This document shows, in pieces, positions 26,021-40,200 of a DNA stretch of 64,000 nt. The stretch's first letter is position 1. Each line of letters begins with the position of its first letter. The position numbers were made by a program, and so were the translations under genes. The stretch lies in contig OZ024743.1 of the NCBI GenBank assembly GCA_964016885.1, positions 231,136,001 to 231,200,000 of the forward strand, written 5' to 3'. The notes under the pieces are model-generated. The model was not told the origin of the DNA. It made no database searches and saw only the letters and a list, made by a program, of their open reading frames with translations. The stretch comes from Eledone cirrhosa (taxonomy: Eukaryota).

Positions 26021-28512
26021 CAGTTGCATTTATCTTGCTTTATGTTCATACGAGTTATCACCAAGTCACAACCAGTGACCTCAAGAGACAACAAGGTCCG
26101 CCATGTTCAACAAAGAACATACATACTCACACATGCATCTTTAGTGTTTAGACTTGTGATGTACTTATATTGACAGCATCTTCCTTAGTATATGGGCAGT
26201 TCCCATTAGTACTATCTTTTGTATTTCTCCTATACGCGGGTTTCCTGGGATTTGCGATAAGTAATCATTAGACCCCTTAGGTATCATTCCCAGAGCGCCC
26301 ACAACCACTGGTATTGTTTTAGTTCTCAATTTCCACATTTTTCCAATTTCTATCTCCAGGTCCTTATACTTGCTCAATTTTTCAAATGTTTTTATAGAAA
26401 CATTCTTGTCTATTGGAACAGACATATCAATTAGCAGGCATACCCTCTTTTTAAAGTCCTTCAATATTATATCAGGTCTATTTGCATCTATTTTTCGGTC
26501 TGTTTGGATGCTAAAGTTCCACAAGATTCAGATGTGATACTTTTCAAGTATGGGAGGTGGTTGATGCTCCCACCAATTCTTTTGATGGGGCAGGTCAAAA
26601 TGCTTACACATTATCCAATGTATATATTGTGCAGCTCTGTCATGCCTGTTTAGGTATTCGGTTGGAGCTATAGGACTGCACATTGAAATTATATGGTCAA
26701 TGGTCTCTGGTTGTTTTTTGCATACACGGCATAATGGGCTGCATCCATTTTTTATTATGTTGGCTTGGTAATATTTTGTTGGCAGACACTGGTCTTGTGC
26801 TGATATAATCAGTCCTTCAGTCTCCGATTTCAGTCCAGAGGATGCTAACCACTAATGGGTTAAAGTTTTGTCAACATCAGGATTGTTAGCTCGCTCTGGG
26901 TATTTTCCATACAGAGGCTTTTCTTGCCATTTCTTAGCCAGTATCTGTAGCAGTTCTTTCTTTGCAGTTACTTTTACCTGCTTTGCTTTTTCTGTGTTTT
27001 CCATTTCAGCAGTAAATGGGACTTCTGAAATGTGTAGTCCATTACTGTATCATTGCGCATCTTTTGTAATGGAATACGATCTTTTGATGCTTTCGTGTTT
27101 CAAAACGAGTTTGATCATCCAATTCTGTGATTCCCTTAGATATGTAGATAATCCAATTGTTGCAGTTTTCAACGCAATGTCTAACTGGATTAACCCACGT
27201 CCTCCTTCTTTCCTAGGGAGATATATTCTATCTATATCTTCCTTAGGGTGATGCATTCTGTGCATGGTTAAGAATTTTCGAATGTTTGTATCGAGCCTAC
27301 GGATCTCTGTGCTTGACCAGTTGATGACATTGTAACTGTAGGTTACTACTGGTATGGCAAGCGTGTTTATGGCATAGATCCTATTCCTTGCGTTCAATTC
27401 CGTTCTTAAGATTGCTCTTACTCTGCGGTAACATTCCTTCCTTATCCTTTCCCTCATTGTCGAGTGCTTGATTCCGTCTCCTTCACAAACACCTAGATAT
27501 TTGTAAGTTTTTTCTTGATCAAGTTCTCTTATCACATTCCCTCGATCAAGATTAATGCCTGAACTTTTCAGCAGCTTACCTCTGGTGAACGTTGCTTTGG
27601 CGCATTTATCTAGTCCAAACTCCATTTTAATGTCATCACTGAACTGCTCCACAGTGGATAATAGCCCTTGCAATTGTTCATCATTTTTTGCAATTACTTT
27701 CAGGTCATCCATGTAGAACAAGTGATTAATGGTTTTGTCATAGACTTTATATCCATGTTTTGTTTCATTGAGCATTTTACTTAATGGTATAAGTGCGATG
27801 CAGAATAAAAGCGGTGATAAAGAGTCACCCTGAAAAATTCCACAATTAATATTAAGTTCTCCAGCTTCCAGTGATTTTGTTTCACTATTCAAAAGGAGTG
27901 TCGTTTTCCATGTCTTCATACTGAATGACAAAAACCTCCTGACAACGGGGGATATTTTGAAAATCTCTAAACATTTTTCAATCCAACTGTGTGGCAAACT
28001 ATCGAATGCTTTTTTATAATCTATCCAAGCAATCGATAGATTTTTGTGTATATTATGACAATCTTCCAGTATCATTTTGTTAACCAAAAGCTGATCCTTA
28101 CAGCCATATGAGCCTCGTTTACACCCTTTCTGCTCAATGGGAAATAGGTCATTTGTTATCAGGTGGTTATATGTGTATTCAGTTAGGACTGATGTTAACA
28201 TTTTATACATTGTGGTCAAGCAAGTTATCGGTCTGTAATTTTTGGGATTGTTTGTCTCATCATTCTTCGGAAGCAGAAATGTAATGCCGTTAACTAGCCA
28301 TGATGGTATCTTTTCTGGCTCCTTAACTATTTCATTGTAAAGTTGGGCTAACAGCTCATGAGACTCTGTGAAGGCATTTATCCAAAAATGTTGTATTTTG
28401 TCTTTTTCTGCGGATTTCCATTTGCTGTTTTTTCTTAGAGTCAAACGCAACTGTTCAACTGTTATATTTTCCCATATTTGTTCCTCAAGGTGAGCTGTAT
28501 CTTTCATCTGAC
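26021..28512 (-). mobile_element. R4/Dong-type RLE LINE, 5'-truncated, same family as 16759-18606
   Basis: ORF 27050..28507 has YRPITCL, DYKKAFDS, GIFQGDSLSP, YMDD; ORF 26165..26524 is the RLE; in-frame stops present. Confidence 0.9.
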
Positions 28513-28559
28513 ATTTATGGAAAATGTTTATTGTTAACTATATATAAGTGCACATACAT

Positions 28560-31500
28560 TGATTGCTGAAAAGGACACTCAAAAATATTGGGTCTTGTGC
28601 CCAAAATTTAAACTATTTATACTTATCAAACAAACATTTTTTCTTTGAAAAATAATGGATGACTCAGATTCACTCCTTCCTCACAATCCAACACCTCACA
28701 CCGACACCACCATTGTAAACGTTGCTACGTTTGCCAACACTGGAATTGTAAGCAGTAGCAATATTTTTAATTTGTCTCAGGCAGACGTCATTTCCCGCCA
28801 TTACCAATGACTGCAGGTGTTAAGGTCGCCTCCACAACCACCACCACAGCGACAACAGAAACAAAAGAAAAAAATAAATTAACTCATGATATCGAAAATA
28901 ATTCAACCAAAATGAACTCTTCTACACCGAAGACCACTGACGCCACCATCACCACAACTGAAACTAAAATTAACAATAGCAAAAATAACAATAATACCAA
29001 CAGCAACAATGAAATTAAGAAAACTACCTTGAGTTTTGCCAGAGTAGCAAAAACGTGCGAAGCGATCCAGTTAACTCAGGAAGAATTAGACGAAGCCAAA
29101 AGAATGGTAAAGAAAGATGGGTACAGGGACAGCCTCACCCCCCACCTAACAAAATGGAGCAACGTCGCCTATGCACCGTGTCTTATCGGACAATAAACAT
29201 AAAATCGCGCCGAGTGGAACGGGCATCCGTGTCCCAAATCCAAAAAGCTTTGGGACATGTGTAGGCAAAAATAACCCGCATCAGACGTGGGCAGAAGTAT
29301 GGAACCGTGGACGTGTTCTTTGAAACACCACAGGAGGCCAGAGAACACTCCATGGCCCCATTAAGAAGTGACGATTTCACACTCATCCCAAGCTATTGTG
29401 GCCAGGGACTTGTGAAGATCAGGGTGAGCCACGTTCCACCGGCCATCGAAATTCCCTGGCTAATGGCTGCCGTCCTCGCTGGCATCGAGGCCAACACCAA
29501 ACTAATAGAAATAGCAAAAGAAAAGCAGGAGAAGTATTCCGGATCTGGGATGGAGCTCCTCATCCAAGCAGACCATAACAGCATTGAGGAGATCCCAGAG
29601 GTAACAGACCTCACTGACGGCAGCCACCTCACCGTAATCGTTGAGGGCAGAAGGCCTAGGTGTGTCGTTTGTGGTGAAGGAACCCACCTAAGGGCTTTCT
29701 GCTCTCAGGCTAAAAGGTTGAGGCCACCTCTCTTACCCACCCCAGTTACTCAACCGTCAACACCACCAGCAGCAGAAATAGCAGCAACAACTGTAGCACC
29801 AACAACAGAAGCAACTGTAACAGCAACAAGCCCAGCAACAGTAGCAAAACCAACACCACCACCACCCAACACCCCAGAACTAGCACCAGGGCCTACACCA
29901 TCCACCACGCCACAACCAAAACCAACGCCTGTGGAGGATTTTCCACTCCCCGGCGTATCGCAACTGGAGACAGATTGTGACGACAAGGAGTGGGAAACGG
30001 TATCAGGAAAAAAGAAAATAAAAGAAACCAAAAAAGAAAAAATTATCTTCCTCCCCCCTCAAAATACAAAATACAGAGGGAAACAAATAAATTATCGAAC
30101 AAGAAAGTTAAGACAGATATGCCACCATCCACACCAGCATCACCAACCCCATCACCACAAACACCATCATTAACCCCAACAGCACCATCACCAACACCAC
30201 AAAAGTCACCAAAAAGCCTAACAGAAACAAACCCACAACAAACGCAAACAATACAAAACAACCAAAACGATACACACTACACAGCATTAAATTTGAACAA
30301 CAACCAATTATTACACTAAATGCAACACAACACCAGCATGACAGAAAAAGACTACACAACAACCCAAAAGTTCACACCTTCTCCACACATACAAATCACT
30401 CGCATCACACAGAAAACGTACACGACACTAAAACAAAAATTCCCAAAGACATCGGAGACTTCCGACAAACACTCTCCAGGAGGATTTATAAGGACATCCT
30501 TCCGGAGGAGGCCACAAACAGTGAAAAGGATGGACAAACCATCCTTCCTCTACAAGAAGTAAGGTAAGTGGTATTTCCCATCTTTTCCACTCCATTTCAA
30601 CATGACCTCACTCAGAATAGGCAGCATAAATGCGCGTGGCTTGGGGATGTCATGGAAGCAGGGCCACCTGCTCAACGACCTCAGGTCACTAAACATAGAT
30701 GTAGTGGCCATCAGCAAGACCAGAATCTCCGAAGCACGGGCCTTCGCACCGATCGATCTTCGGCGGCTACGATGTGTACGCATCTCCCAGCCGTCCTGGA
30801 TCGGGGGGTGGAGTTGCTGTGCTTTTTCGGAGAGGTTTGGATCTCGCTATACGGGCCATCTTCCTGGACCCAGAAGGTAAGTTGGTGGTGCTAGACGTGA
30901 CCAGCGGAGACGGGCAAGCTTTCAGGCTAGTGGCCGTCTATGCCCCAACAGGAGCAGGGCGGCCTGATTTCTTCCGGCGTCTGGAGACCTTTCTTGGAAC
31001 GTCCCGCTCTTTAGTGTTAGTGGGCGACTGGAACGGGATCTTAGATGCACGCTGGGACTGTGTGGGATTAGCGCATAGGGGAGGAGGGTGCAAGAGCCTC
31101 ACCAACCTGCTCAGGCGTTTTGAACTGTCTGACAGGTATCGATTGGATTTCCCGAGTATGCCAATGTGGACTTGGACAAACCGCATAGGGTCATCCAGAT
31201 CATATCTAGATAGAGTATTTTGTAGAGAAATAGATAGGTCTAGCATAAGCTATCCACCATTCAAGATAGTCAGCTACACGGACCACAAATTCGTGATCTG
31301 TGTATTTGACTTAGATAGGCTTCATAGACGAGGAACCGGCTACTGGAAGCTAAACGCGTCTTTACCAGCGCGCATGGCCTACAGAGACCGGAGAGCGAAC
31401 TAGTTAAGCGGGCGTTGACGGGGGCAATCGTCAACAACAAGTGGTGGTTTGCTCTGAAAAGAGCAATTAGAATAGAGTCCATTAGGTTTAGTAAGGCTTC

Positions 31501-33694
31501 AGCAATAGAGAAAAATAGAGCAGAGGGAGAATTAGTTAGAAAATTAGACGAGGCGCTTAGCAAAGTCATCGCGACCGACGTACTTGCGGCTAAATTGGCC
31601 CTTCACCAATTCTTCAATGCAAAGCATGAAGGCTGCGTTGTAAGAGCTAGGGTGCGTGCTCCCAGACACGAGGGGACGAAAGCCCTTCAATGGGCTCGAG
31701 TGGCAAAGGCGCATCGTGGCAACAAAGCCACGATCCGGTCTTTGGTGGACCACGATGGGCGCATGCTACTCGATCGCGGGAAAATGTGTGAAGCTTTTCA
31801 GCGACATTCGCTCAGTTGTTCGGGGAAAGCAGCGGGCCGAATCGAGGGATGGACTTTAGTGTCTACCTCGACGGACTGCCGCTACTCGCGGCCACTGAGG
31901 CGGAGTGTTGCGAAAAGCGGATAACTGCTGCTGATGTACGGGAGGCAATGATTAGCTGCACAAGGGGTAAATCGCCTGGTTTGGATGGTCTGCCCTATGA
32001 ACTTTACGTACAGATGCCAGACTTGTTCGGAGGCCTCTTGGCGGACGTCTACTGCAACTGGCAACAGAACGGAAGAATTCCCAGCTCTGTGAGCCGAGGA
32101 GCTGAGGCGCTGCTGAGAAAGGATCCGAACAAGGGGGATAACGTAGATAATTTTAGGCCCATAACTCTGCTAAACACAGAGTTCAAGATTTTGGCCAAGG
32201 TGCTAGCAAAAAGGTTGGCGCTTGTCGTTGGTGGTCTGGTTGGAGAGGCGCAGACATGCGCCATTCCCAACAGATACATCCACGACATCCTCCACCTCAT
32301 GCGATACATCGTATAGAGGGTAGTTAGGGAACCTGGCACGGGTGGGTCCTTGATCAATTTAGATCAGTCGAAAGCTTTCGATAGGGTCGACCATCGTTAC
32401 CTAGCGGCAGTCCTGAGGGCGGCAGGCTTTGGGCCCGTCTTCAGAGGCTGGATCGCTGCCATGCACAGCGACATCTGCTCTGAGGTGAGAGTGAACGGTC
32501 ACATTTCGGAACCGCTCAACATCATGCGCTCGGTCTGCCAAGGATGTCCCCTCTCGTCCCTCTTGTACGTATTGACTCTCGAGCCATTACTGCACAAACT
32601 GGAGACGTTGAGGGCGGTCCCGCACGAACTAGGATGCGGAAGATCCGTGTTAGCATATGCGGACGATGTCACCGTAGTGGTGTCGAACGCCAAACACATC
32701 GAGGCGATCGGCACTACACTAAGAGAATACGAAGCGGTGACAGGAGCAATGATCAACCAGGAAAAATCAGTGAGCCTGCAGCTCGGCACCTGGAGAGGCA
32801 GGTCCATGCCGTCCAACAGCGTCGTCGGGCGCTGGACGGACGGACCAGTTAAATTGCTCGGGTCTGGTTCGGTCCGGTCCTCCAGACGGACAAAAACTGG
32901 GACGAGGTGACGAGCAGGGTGGCTTCTCTCATCCAGAAATGGGCGGAGATGAAGCTATCCCTGAAAGGTCGAGCGGAGGTGGCTAACGCGTATATCGCGT
33001 CCGTCATCTACTACCGCCTGACCGTCGTACCTTGTCCTTAGCCCCGCCTGACTGCGCTGGAGCGTTTGCTCTTTCGCTTTTTGTGGAATGGACGCGCTCC
33101 GATTGTCAGGCGGTCCATCTGCTGTCAACACCCGCTACGTGGAGGGCTGGGTATGCCGTGGCTGATGATGCGCAGAGACGCGCTCAGGCTACGACATCTC
33201 CACATCTTCCTCGACGGTGATCAGGTGTGGCATCCGTTTGCTAGACACGTCTTTCCCCAGCTCGTCTCCTTGACGGAGCTGTAGCCCTTGGTCAAGCGAA
33301 GACCGAGAGGGAGCGCTTGGAGACTGGAATGTCTTCAGGCTTTCACAGCCCTCGACCAATTGGGCAATGTGATCGGTAGAAACTCCACCTTGGCGTTCTA
33401 CAGAGGATTAGTGGAGGGGAAGAGCGACGACGTACTTGGGGAAACTCTAGGCGTCGACGAAAATCAACTAGCCAATCTCTTCGGAAGAACTTTCGGGCCG
33501 GGGCCTATGGACAACTCCCAGAAATCCCTGGCCTGGCAGTGCTACCGAGGAGCTTTGCCAGTTCGGGATAAACTCTACAGGCATGGAGGTGCCATCAGCC
33601 GGGCATGTCCGAGATGCGCGCAGGGCGACGAAACCATCCTGCACGCACTCGTCCAGTGTCCGAGCATTGCTGACTTGTGGGTTTATTTCGAACA
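28560..33694 (+). mobile_element. Tx1/L1-clade LINE with ORF1 (CCHC knuckle), APE, RT and zf-RVT; 3' end lost
   Basis: CVVCGEGTHLRAFC; ORF2 ATG at 30602 (GSINARGL), YTDH, FRPITLLN, QGCPLS, YADD; multiple frameshifts. Confidence 0.92.
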
Positions 33695-34560
33695 TCCTCA
33701 CCGCATTTGCTGTTGCTTTGAGGATATTGTTGCACTGGTGAAGGCTCCTCGCCTCAAGGTATGGGATGACTTTGTTTACCTTAGCTGTTGTTTCTTTTAA
33801 CTTTTTCCTGTCTACAAATCTTAGGTTCATAGGTTTCCGACTATCATTGTTCATTTCATCTACCACTAAGTATAAAATATCAACCAAATCTTGTCCTAGC
33901 CCGTCCGCATTCATTTCCTCAATGGCCGTATCTTTGTTCCAGGTATTATTTATTTCACAATTCAGATCATTGTCTGCTTCGGATGATTCCTCCGTTCTCT
34001 CAACCTCTTCACCTTCATTTCCCACTGGCTCGTTTGCCTGGCATACTCCACTCTCCATTTCCAACCCAACCTCTCTGCTCAGTTCCTCCAGTTCCAGCTC
34101 GGTTATCCACCCATTAGTTCTTATTACCCGAGCCTGCCCGGCCAATTTTTGTTCATCTAATGTAAATAGACCAATCTTGTTCCAGATGTTATGCATCCGT
34201 TTCCTATAGCCTTTTACCTTGGGGTTACTCTTCAGGTAACATTGCATAACAGTTCTATTCAATTCTTTCGTCCAGTTGGTTCTGGTCCCTTTCCTTCTTC
34301 CTCTTCCTCCAATACCAGCAGTATTTGGATGACAGCCAGGTCCCTGCTGCTGGGCCAGGGAGCACCTGCTGGGTGAGAGTCTGTCACATGACATTCCAGG
34401 CTCCACTTCACCGTTATTTGAACTGTTTAGGTTCGACATTTAAGCACTCATATCGAGGATTGGTGAATGTATGGTTACATAACTACCGGTGATTTCATCA
34501 CCCCCAGTGACTTCCTCACCCCCGGTTATTTTAGCATGGCACCATCACGCTGTAGACGAA
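33695..34560 (-). mobile_element. 5' portion of an R4/Dong-like element (N-terminal Myb-like DNA-binding region)
   Basis: WTKELNRTVMQCYLKSNP..GYRKRMHNIW..EQKLAGQARVI is typical of R4/Rex6/Dong N-termini. Confidence 0.7.
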
Positions 34561-35329
34561 CATAAATAAACAAACAAACAAATAGATAAAAACCTAAAAA
34601 AACAAAAACAAACATGTTTCATTGTAATGTTTTTCTCTTTTTTGTTTGTATTTCTCCTTTGCGTTTTTCGTTTTACAAGGCCAGTAACATCGATTACTAG
34701 TGTTGTTGTTGCTGTTGCTGCTGCTAAGGGAAGTAGGGGTTGTTGTGTTCAAAACTTTTGAAATTTGTGTTTGTTGTTGCGTTTGCTTCTGTCTGTGTTC
34801 TGTTCTATAATTTTTCGACTATAATTTTTTCTATAATTTTTTTCCCTGAAAAATCCAAGCATCTCGGAAACGAGGTCGCGAGTAACGGAGGGAAGGAGGC
34901 TTAATTAAGTGCAAACATTACAGGAACTGGTGAAATAATACGCCATCTTCAGCATTCGTTTATGAGATGAATGCAGTGTACGGGGAACGTTCTTTTTAAT
35001 CCGGCATTCGTACCAACTCTTTCCTATAGTCATGTATCATGTATCTTCGGTTCCTATTCCTTTAGTCATGTATCATGTATCTTGGGTAATGCCCGAAAGA
35101 AGATAACCGCCAATATAGGCTGCCGAAATGGGGTTCCTCCAAGGGATCAGTGGAGAAACGTTACACGATAAAGAGAGGAACTCGGGGATCAGAATATCGA
35201 CCCGGCGTGGAGCCCCTACATCTCAGAATTAAGAGATCACAAATCCATATTATTAAGTTGTCATAAAAATGACTGATTTTACTGGCTAACTGAATCTAGT
35301 TTTTTCGGTTGACAGATTTTACTGGCTAA

Positions 35330-35480
35330 CCGTCCGAAAATCCAGGTGTAGACATCAGCGGATCTCTCTTGGCCATCCAGTTGAATCAGATGCAGACCAT
35401 TGCGTCTGGCAGGACCCACTGAAAGACATGATCTATGTCTCTGCACCCAGACCCCCTCGTCAATGATGCTGATGTGAAGG
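35330..35480 (+). mobile_element. Possible RTE-clade 3' end fragment
   Basis: TCTGGCAGGACCCACT resembles TCTGACAGGACCCACT at 53982; followed by a GAT-rich tail. Confidence 0.35.
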
Positions 35481-35728
35481 AGGAGGAGGAGGTGATGGAG
35501 AGAATGAGGATGATTATGATAATGATGTAGATGAGGGTAATAATTCTACTACTAATAATATTGATAATATAAGCAATATATTTGTTAGTGTTTTTCTTTC
35601 ATTTGTATCGTATATACAAACAAATGTATGTATGTATATATTGCATTTGTTAGTCATTCTGTAGCCAGAGCTTCGATTAGGCTGAACTTCCATTTGTATA
35701 TAAATATACATACATACATACATACATG

Positions 35729-35759
<31 letters not shown>

Positions 35760-35789
35760 GTGTATGTATGTATGTAGTTATATATATAC

Positions 35790-36527
35790 ATGACGATGAT
35801 GAGGGCTGCCCTATCGTTATCGAGTATGGCCATTGCATGATATACCATTATTAATAATTAGTAATTAATTCTATCGTGCAATGCATGTGAGGAAAGACTG
35901 TGCACTGAGCCAATCCCACTCTCTGAGCGAGAGTAGCTATAACCCGAAAAGAAGAAAAGTTCAACATCATAGGTAACTACTGAGCCGCAGGTTTTATATC
36001 GTAGATACCCCATTTCCTGAGTTGCCTTCTCCTAAAGGATGCCCTGACAAAGGCTCGGGCGTCCTACACACTTTTGGATTGCCGGTGACATTTATGAGTT
36101 CTTCCACCCTTTGTCAGATTTTGTTTTTGTCCTGCTGAGTGTCCAAAATCACCCTCCTCAGCAAGTAAACTTGGTGGGGTTGCCGGTTTTGTCGCCGACT
36201 ATACATACATACATACATACATACATAAAGGCTGCCCCCTCGTTATCGAGTATGACCATTGCACGATACACCATTATTAATAATTATTAATTAATTCCAT
36301 CGTGCAATGCCTGTGCGTGAAGATATTTTTAAAGTGAAGAAAGACTGTGCACTGAGCCAATCCCACTCTCTGAGCGACAGTAGCTATAACCCGAAAAGAA
36401 GAAAAGATCAACATCATCGGTAACTACTGAGCCGCAGGTTTTATATCGGAGTTATGCCAGTTTGCTGAGTTGCCTTCTCCTAGAAGAATGCCCTGACAAA
36501 GACTACATACATACATACATACATACA

Positions 36528-36560
<33 letters not shown>

Positions 36561-37170
36561 GGTGGCTGCCAACTCGTTTTCGAGTACGGCCACTACTTTA
36601 TATCCATGTAGGAGAACCCCTACCGATGCGCTGAACAAGTGTGACTTTTTAGTCCAGCCAGCGACTTGAAAACTCTGGTACAAACATTACACTTGTGACA
36701 ATTATTGACACATAGTGCTGGGCCCATGGTACCATGTGACGACAGATGCAGAGAGATCTCCAGATATAAAGAAATGTCTGTGCTGTGAAGCTTTTATAGT
36801 GAGCAATAGCACTGCACAAAGCCAGTGCCACTCTCTTAACCAAGATGATATTTACGAAAAAGAAGAACAAGTCAACATCATTGGATACCATCAGAGTTGC
36901 AGGTGTTATATCAGAGATTTCCTTCTCCTAGAATTCTGCCTTGAGAAAGGCTAAGTGGTCATCTCTCCCGGTGATTTTGGATGGCCATTGACGCTTAATA
37001 GCTCCTTTGCCGTTTGACAGGTTTTGTTTTTAGTCCTGCAGGATGTCCAAAGTCACCCGCCTCACCAAGAAACGTTGGTGGGGTTGCAAGTTTAGTCGCC
37101 AACGACCCGACCATGAGACAGGTTGTACTGGGATACATGTTACGAGTAGCACCAACTGGTGACCTGACAT
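35790..37170 (-). mobile_element. Three tandem copies of a non-autonomous RTE-UTR-like element, separated by (TACA)n
   Basis: Units ~35790-36200, 36228-36503 and 36560-37167 share CTGCC..TCGTT.TCGAGTA, CAACATCAT and CCTTCTCCTA (minus strand TAGGAGAAGG, an RTE 5' UTR-like motif). Confidence 0.55.
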
Positions 37171-37200
37171 ACATATATACATACATACATACATACATAC

Positions 37201-40200
37201 AGTCAACGCGATCAGTCGCATATTTTGGCGTGGGAGACTATTTATTAAATTTAAGTTGAATACTATCTCCGACGGTAATGCCACAACTACAGTCAGGTTG
37301 AATAACTGTTTATTCTTCTAACTATCCCTTCTGAAGATATTTTTATTCGAATTCGTAGAGATATCCGACTAAATACATAATTCATTTTACAAGGATTTGC
37401 TACAAACAACATGCCTGAACACAACATCAACAAAAAAATTAAGGAAGTACCGAAAACAAATAACAAGGAAGGTAATCAAACTTTATTCAGTTGTAGCTAC
37501 AGAAGAACCGAAATTATAAATCGCATTTCTCTTGGAGTTCCGAACTTAATAATGATTTATTTAATTGTTATAAAATGGCAAAAAACAATCCCTCCATTGG
37601 CTATATGAATAGAATGAAGCTACACTGGGACGAAATGCACCCAGAGCTAAATTATTTCACAGCGAAACAATTACGCCAACAAGCGACGTTTGTTGAACGT
37701 AAAAATAAGATAAATATTAATTGTAAGTCCCCCACAACAAACATGTTATCAACAACACGTGCTACAGGTCGCCATGCTACTAGACTTCCTAGCAGCCATG
37801 TCGAACAGCGTCTTGAAACAACTATACCTGTAAGAAACTTGACACCACCTGTACCATTTAAGTCTACCTCGAATGCTGGAGAAAACACTATCGATAATAA
37901 AAATAATCGAATAAATTTGACACCACGTGTACCATCCGAGTCTACCTCAACTATTGTGGAAAATACTATCGATAATGATAATCAAAAGTATAAACAATTG
38001 AAAATTTCCCTCAATGAAAGCTTCCAGAGAGAAATTAACTCATGTATAAATATCTCTCTTGCTGAACGTGTTAAAATGACAATGTTGAATAAAAAACCAA
38101 ATAATGAAATATTACGTGTTATTGACGAAATAAGGGATGAATATTTATGACGGATAAAAACCCCAACATATTGGCAAATCAACGCCTGTTTATATGCCTT
38201 AGCAACGAGAGTGAAGCATTATAAGGGTGATAGCAGAGATATTAACAAGAACAAAACACCACCAAAAATACCATCATATATAACTAAAATAGAAAAAAAG
38301 ATTGCTGACCTACGAAAAAACATACACAATGCTCCTTACATGCAAACAAACACAAAATAAACTCACTCCTCACCAACAAAGAGTGAAAAATAAAATAGAG
38401 ACGATGTTTGGTAACAGTAGAACCAGAACTCTCCAATATAAACTGATCACCCTCAAACAAGAATTGAGAGCTGTCAGCGAAAAACGCCGATACCTGAAGA
38501 AGGTAGATGAGAGAAAAGTGCTTAATAAAAAATTCAGACGAAACCAAACATCAGTCTATATAGATATGAAGGGCAAAATAATAAGTATCACTGAGGCCCC
38601 ATCCCAGAAAGACATAGATTCCTTTTGGAACAAAATATGGGGTGAAAAGAAGAATTTCAACCAAGATGCAGTGTGGCTAAGAGAAATCCGAAAGAACTAT
38701 TGCTCCTACACTACGACAAAAAACATACGAAATAAGTGAGGGTACCCTTGAGACTGTGATAGAAAAACTCCAAGATAAGAAAACACCAGGAAGAGACATG
38801 ATTGTCGGCTACTGGTACAAAAAACTGATATTCTATCGGAGGTATCTTACTAACCTCTACCAACAAGTTCTTAAGGGAGATACAGTTATACCAGAATGGT
38901 TGACATTAGCACAAACGTTACTGGTCCCCCAAAACAAAGACACCGACTTGGCAAAAAACTACCGACCCATTGCATGCCAGAACCTGATGTATAAGATGTA
39001 TACAGCCTGCCTGAACCTATTCCTTCAAGATCACTGTGAAAATAATAACATCATCACAGATGAACAAGCAGCTGGAAAGAAAGGGGTTTGGGTATGTGCT
39101 GAACAACTCCTAATCAACAAAACTGCGATATCGGAGGTGCGACAACTTAGGAGGAATATGGCTACAGTCTGGCTGGACTACAGGAAAGCTTTTGATTCAG
39201 TTCCCCACTCTTGGATGATAGAGGCCCTCCAACTTGCTAAAGTCCCAGACATTATTGTCAGAGCCATAGAGAGGCTGTCTTCTTCTTGGGCTACTATCCT
39301 AAGGTTAAAGACAGAGAGGGACGACTCTATTTCCACTGATAAAATAAAATATTGCAGGGGTATATTTCAGGGGGACAGTCTCTCTGTGATATTATTCAAC
39401 TTGTCACTAAACCCCTTGTCCTTTCTGCTCTAGAAATGTGAGGGATAAATCATTGGCTCACAGGAGGACAGAAATACGAACCTAACCCATACTTTCTTTG
39501 TGGACGATCTGAAACTCTATGCTAAGAACATGGATGGGATGAAGAAAATTCTTGACCTGGTTACAACGTTCTCAAAGGATATAGGAATGGAGTTTGGCCA
39601 AGATAAATGCTCATACATGACTGTAAAGCGGGGAAAAACAAAAACCCAATCTAGCAACATTGTCATCAATGGCCTAACTGTTTCACCGATATCTGATGAG
39701 GACTGCTACAGATACCTGGTGATAGATGAGAACATATCCGATAATGGTATCTGTAATAAAGAACGCGTAACCAAGGAGAACTACACCCGATTAAGAAAGA
39801 TCTGGTCATCGGAACTCTCTGCGCAAAACGAAACAATGGCTCACCATGTGTTTGCTGTGCTTGTCCTAACACCAACGAAATCCGACCAGTTGATGTTGGA
39901 ACTCGAAAAATACTGAACAACACCGTAAACTTCCACATCAACAGTGACATAGACCGCCTCTACTTGAAACGTAAGCAGGCAGGCAGAGGCCTAACATCAG
40001 TCCAGACAACATTTGAATGTCGCATCATATCTCTCCGACATCTACGAACCTCGAAGCGTAGGAGCCCGTTTCTCGAGCAAGTCTATCTGCATGAAACATA
40101 TAAGATCATGAGAGTTGGGAAGGAACTCCTCGAGAGATATTCCCTGTGTGATAATCAAAAACCCACACCCAGGGATGTCGCTCAGCAGTATCGCAGTGAA

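Noticed and set aside
34900-34955. CTGAAGA on the minus strand (similar hits at 3174, 6300 and 54535)
   Set aside because: No correctly placed GAAA or stems
37085-37170. HDV-like ribozyme at the 5' end of the RTE-like unit (minus strand, GGGTCGTTGGCGACTAA)
   Set aside because: A P4/J4-2-like piece is present, but I could not build P1 or a good P2
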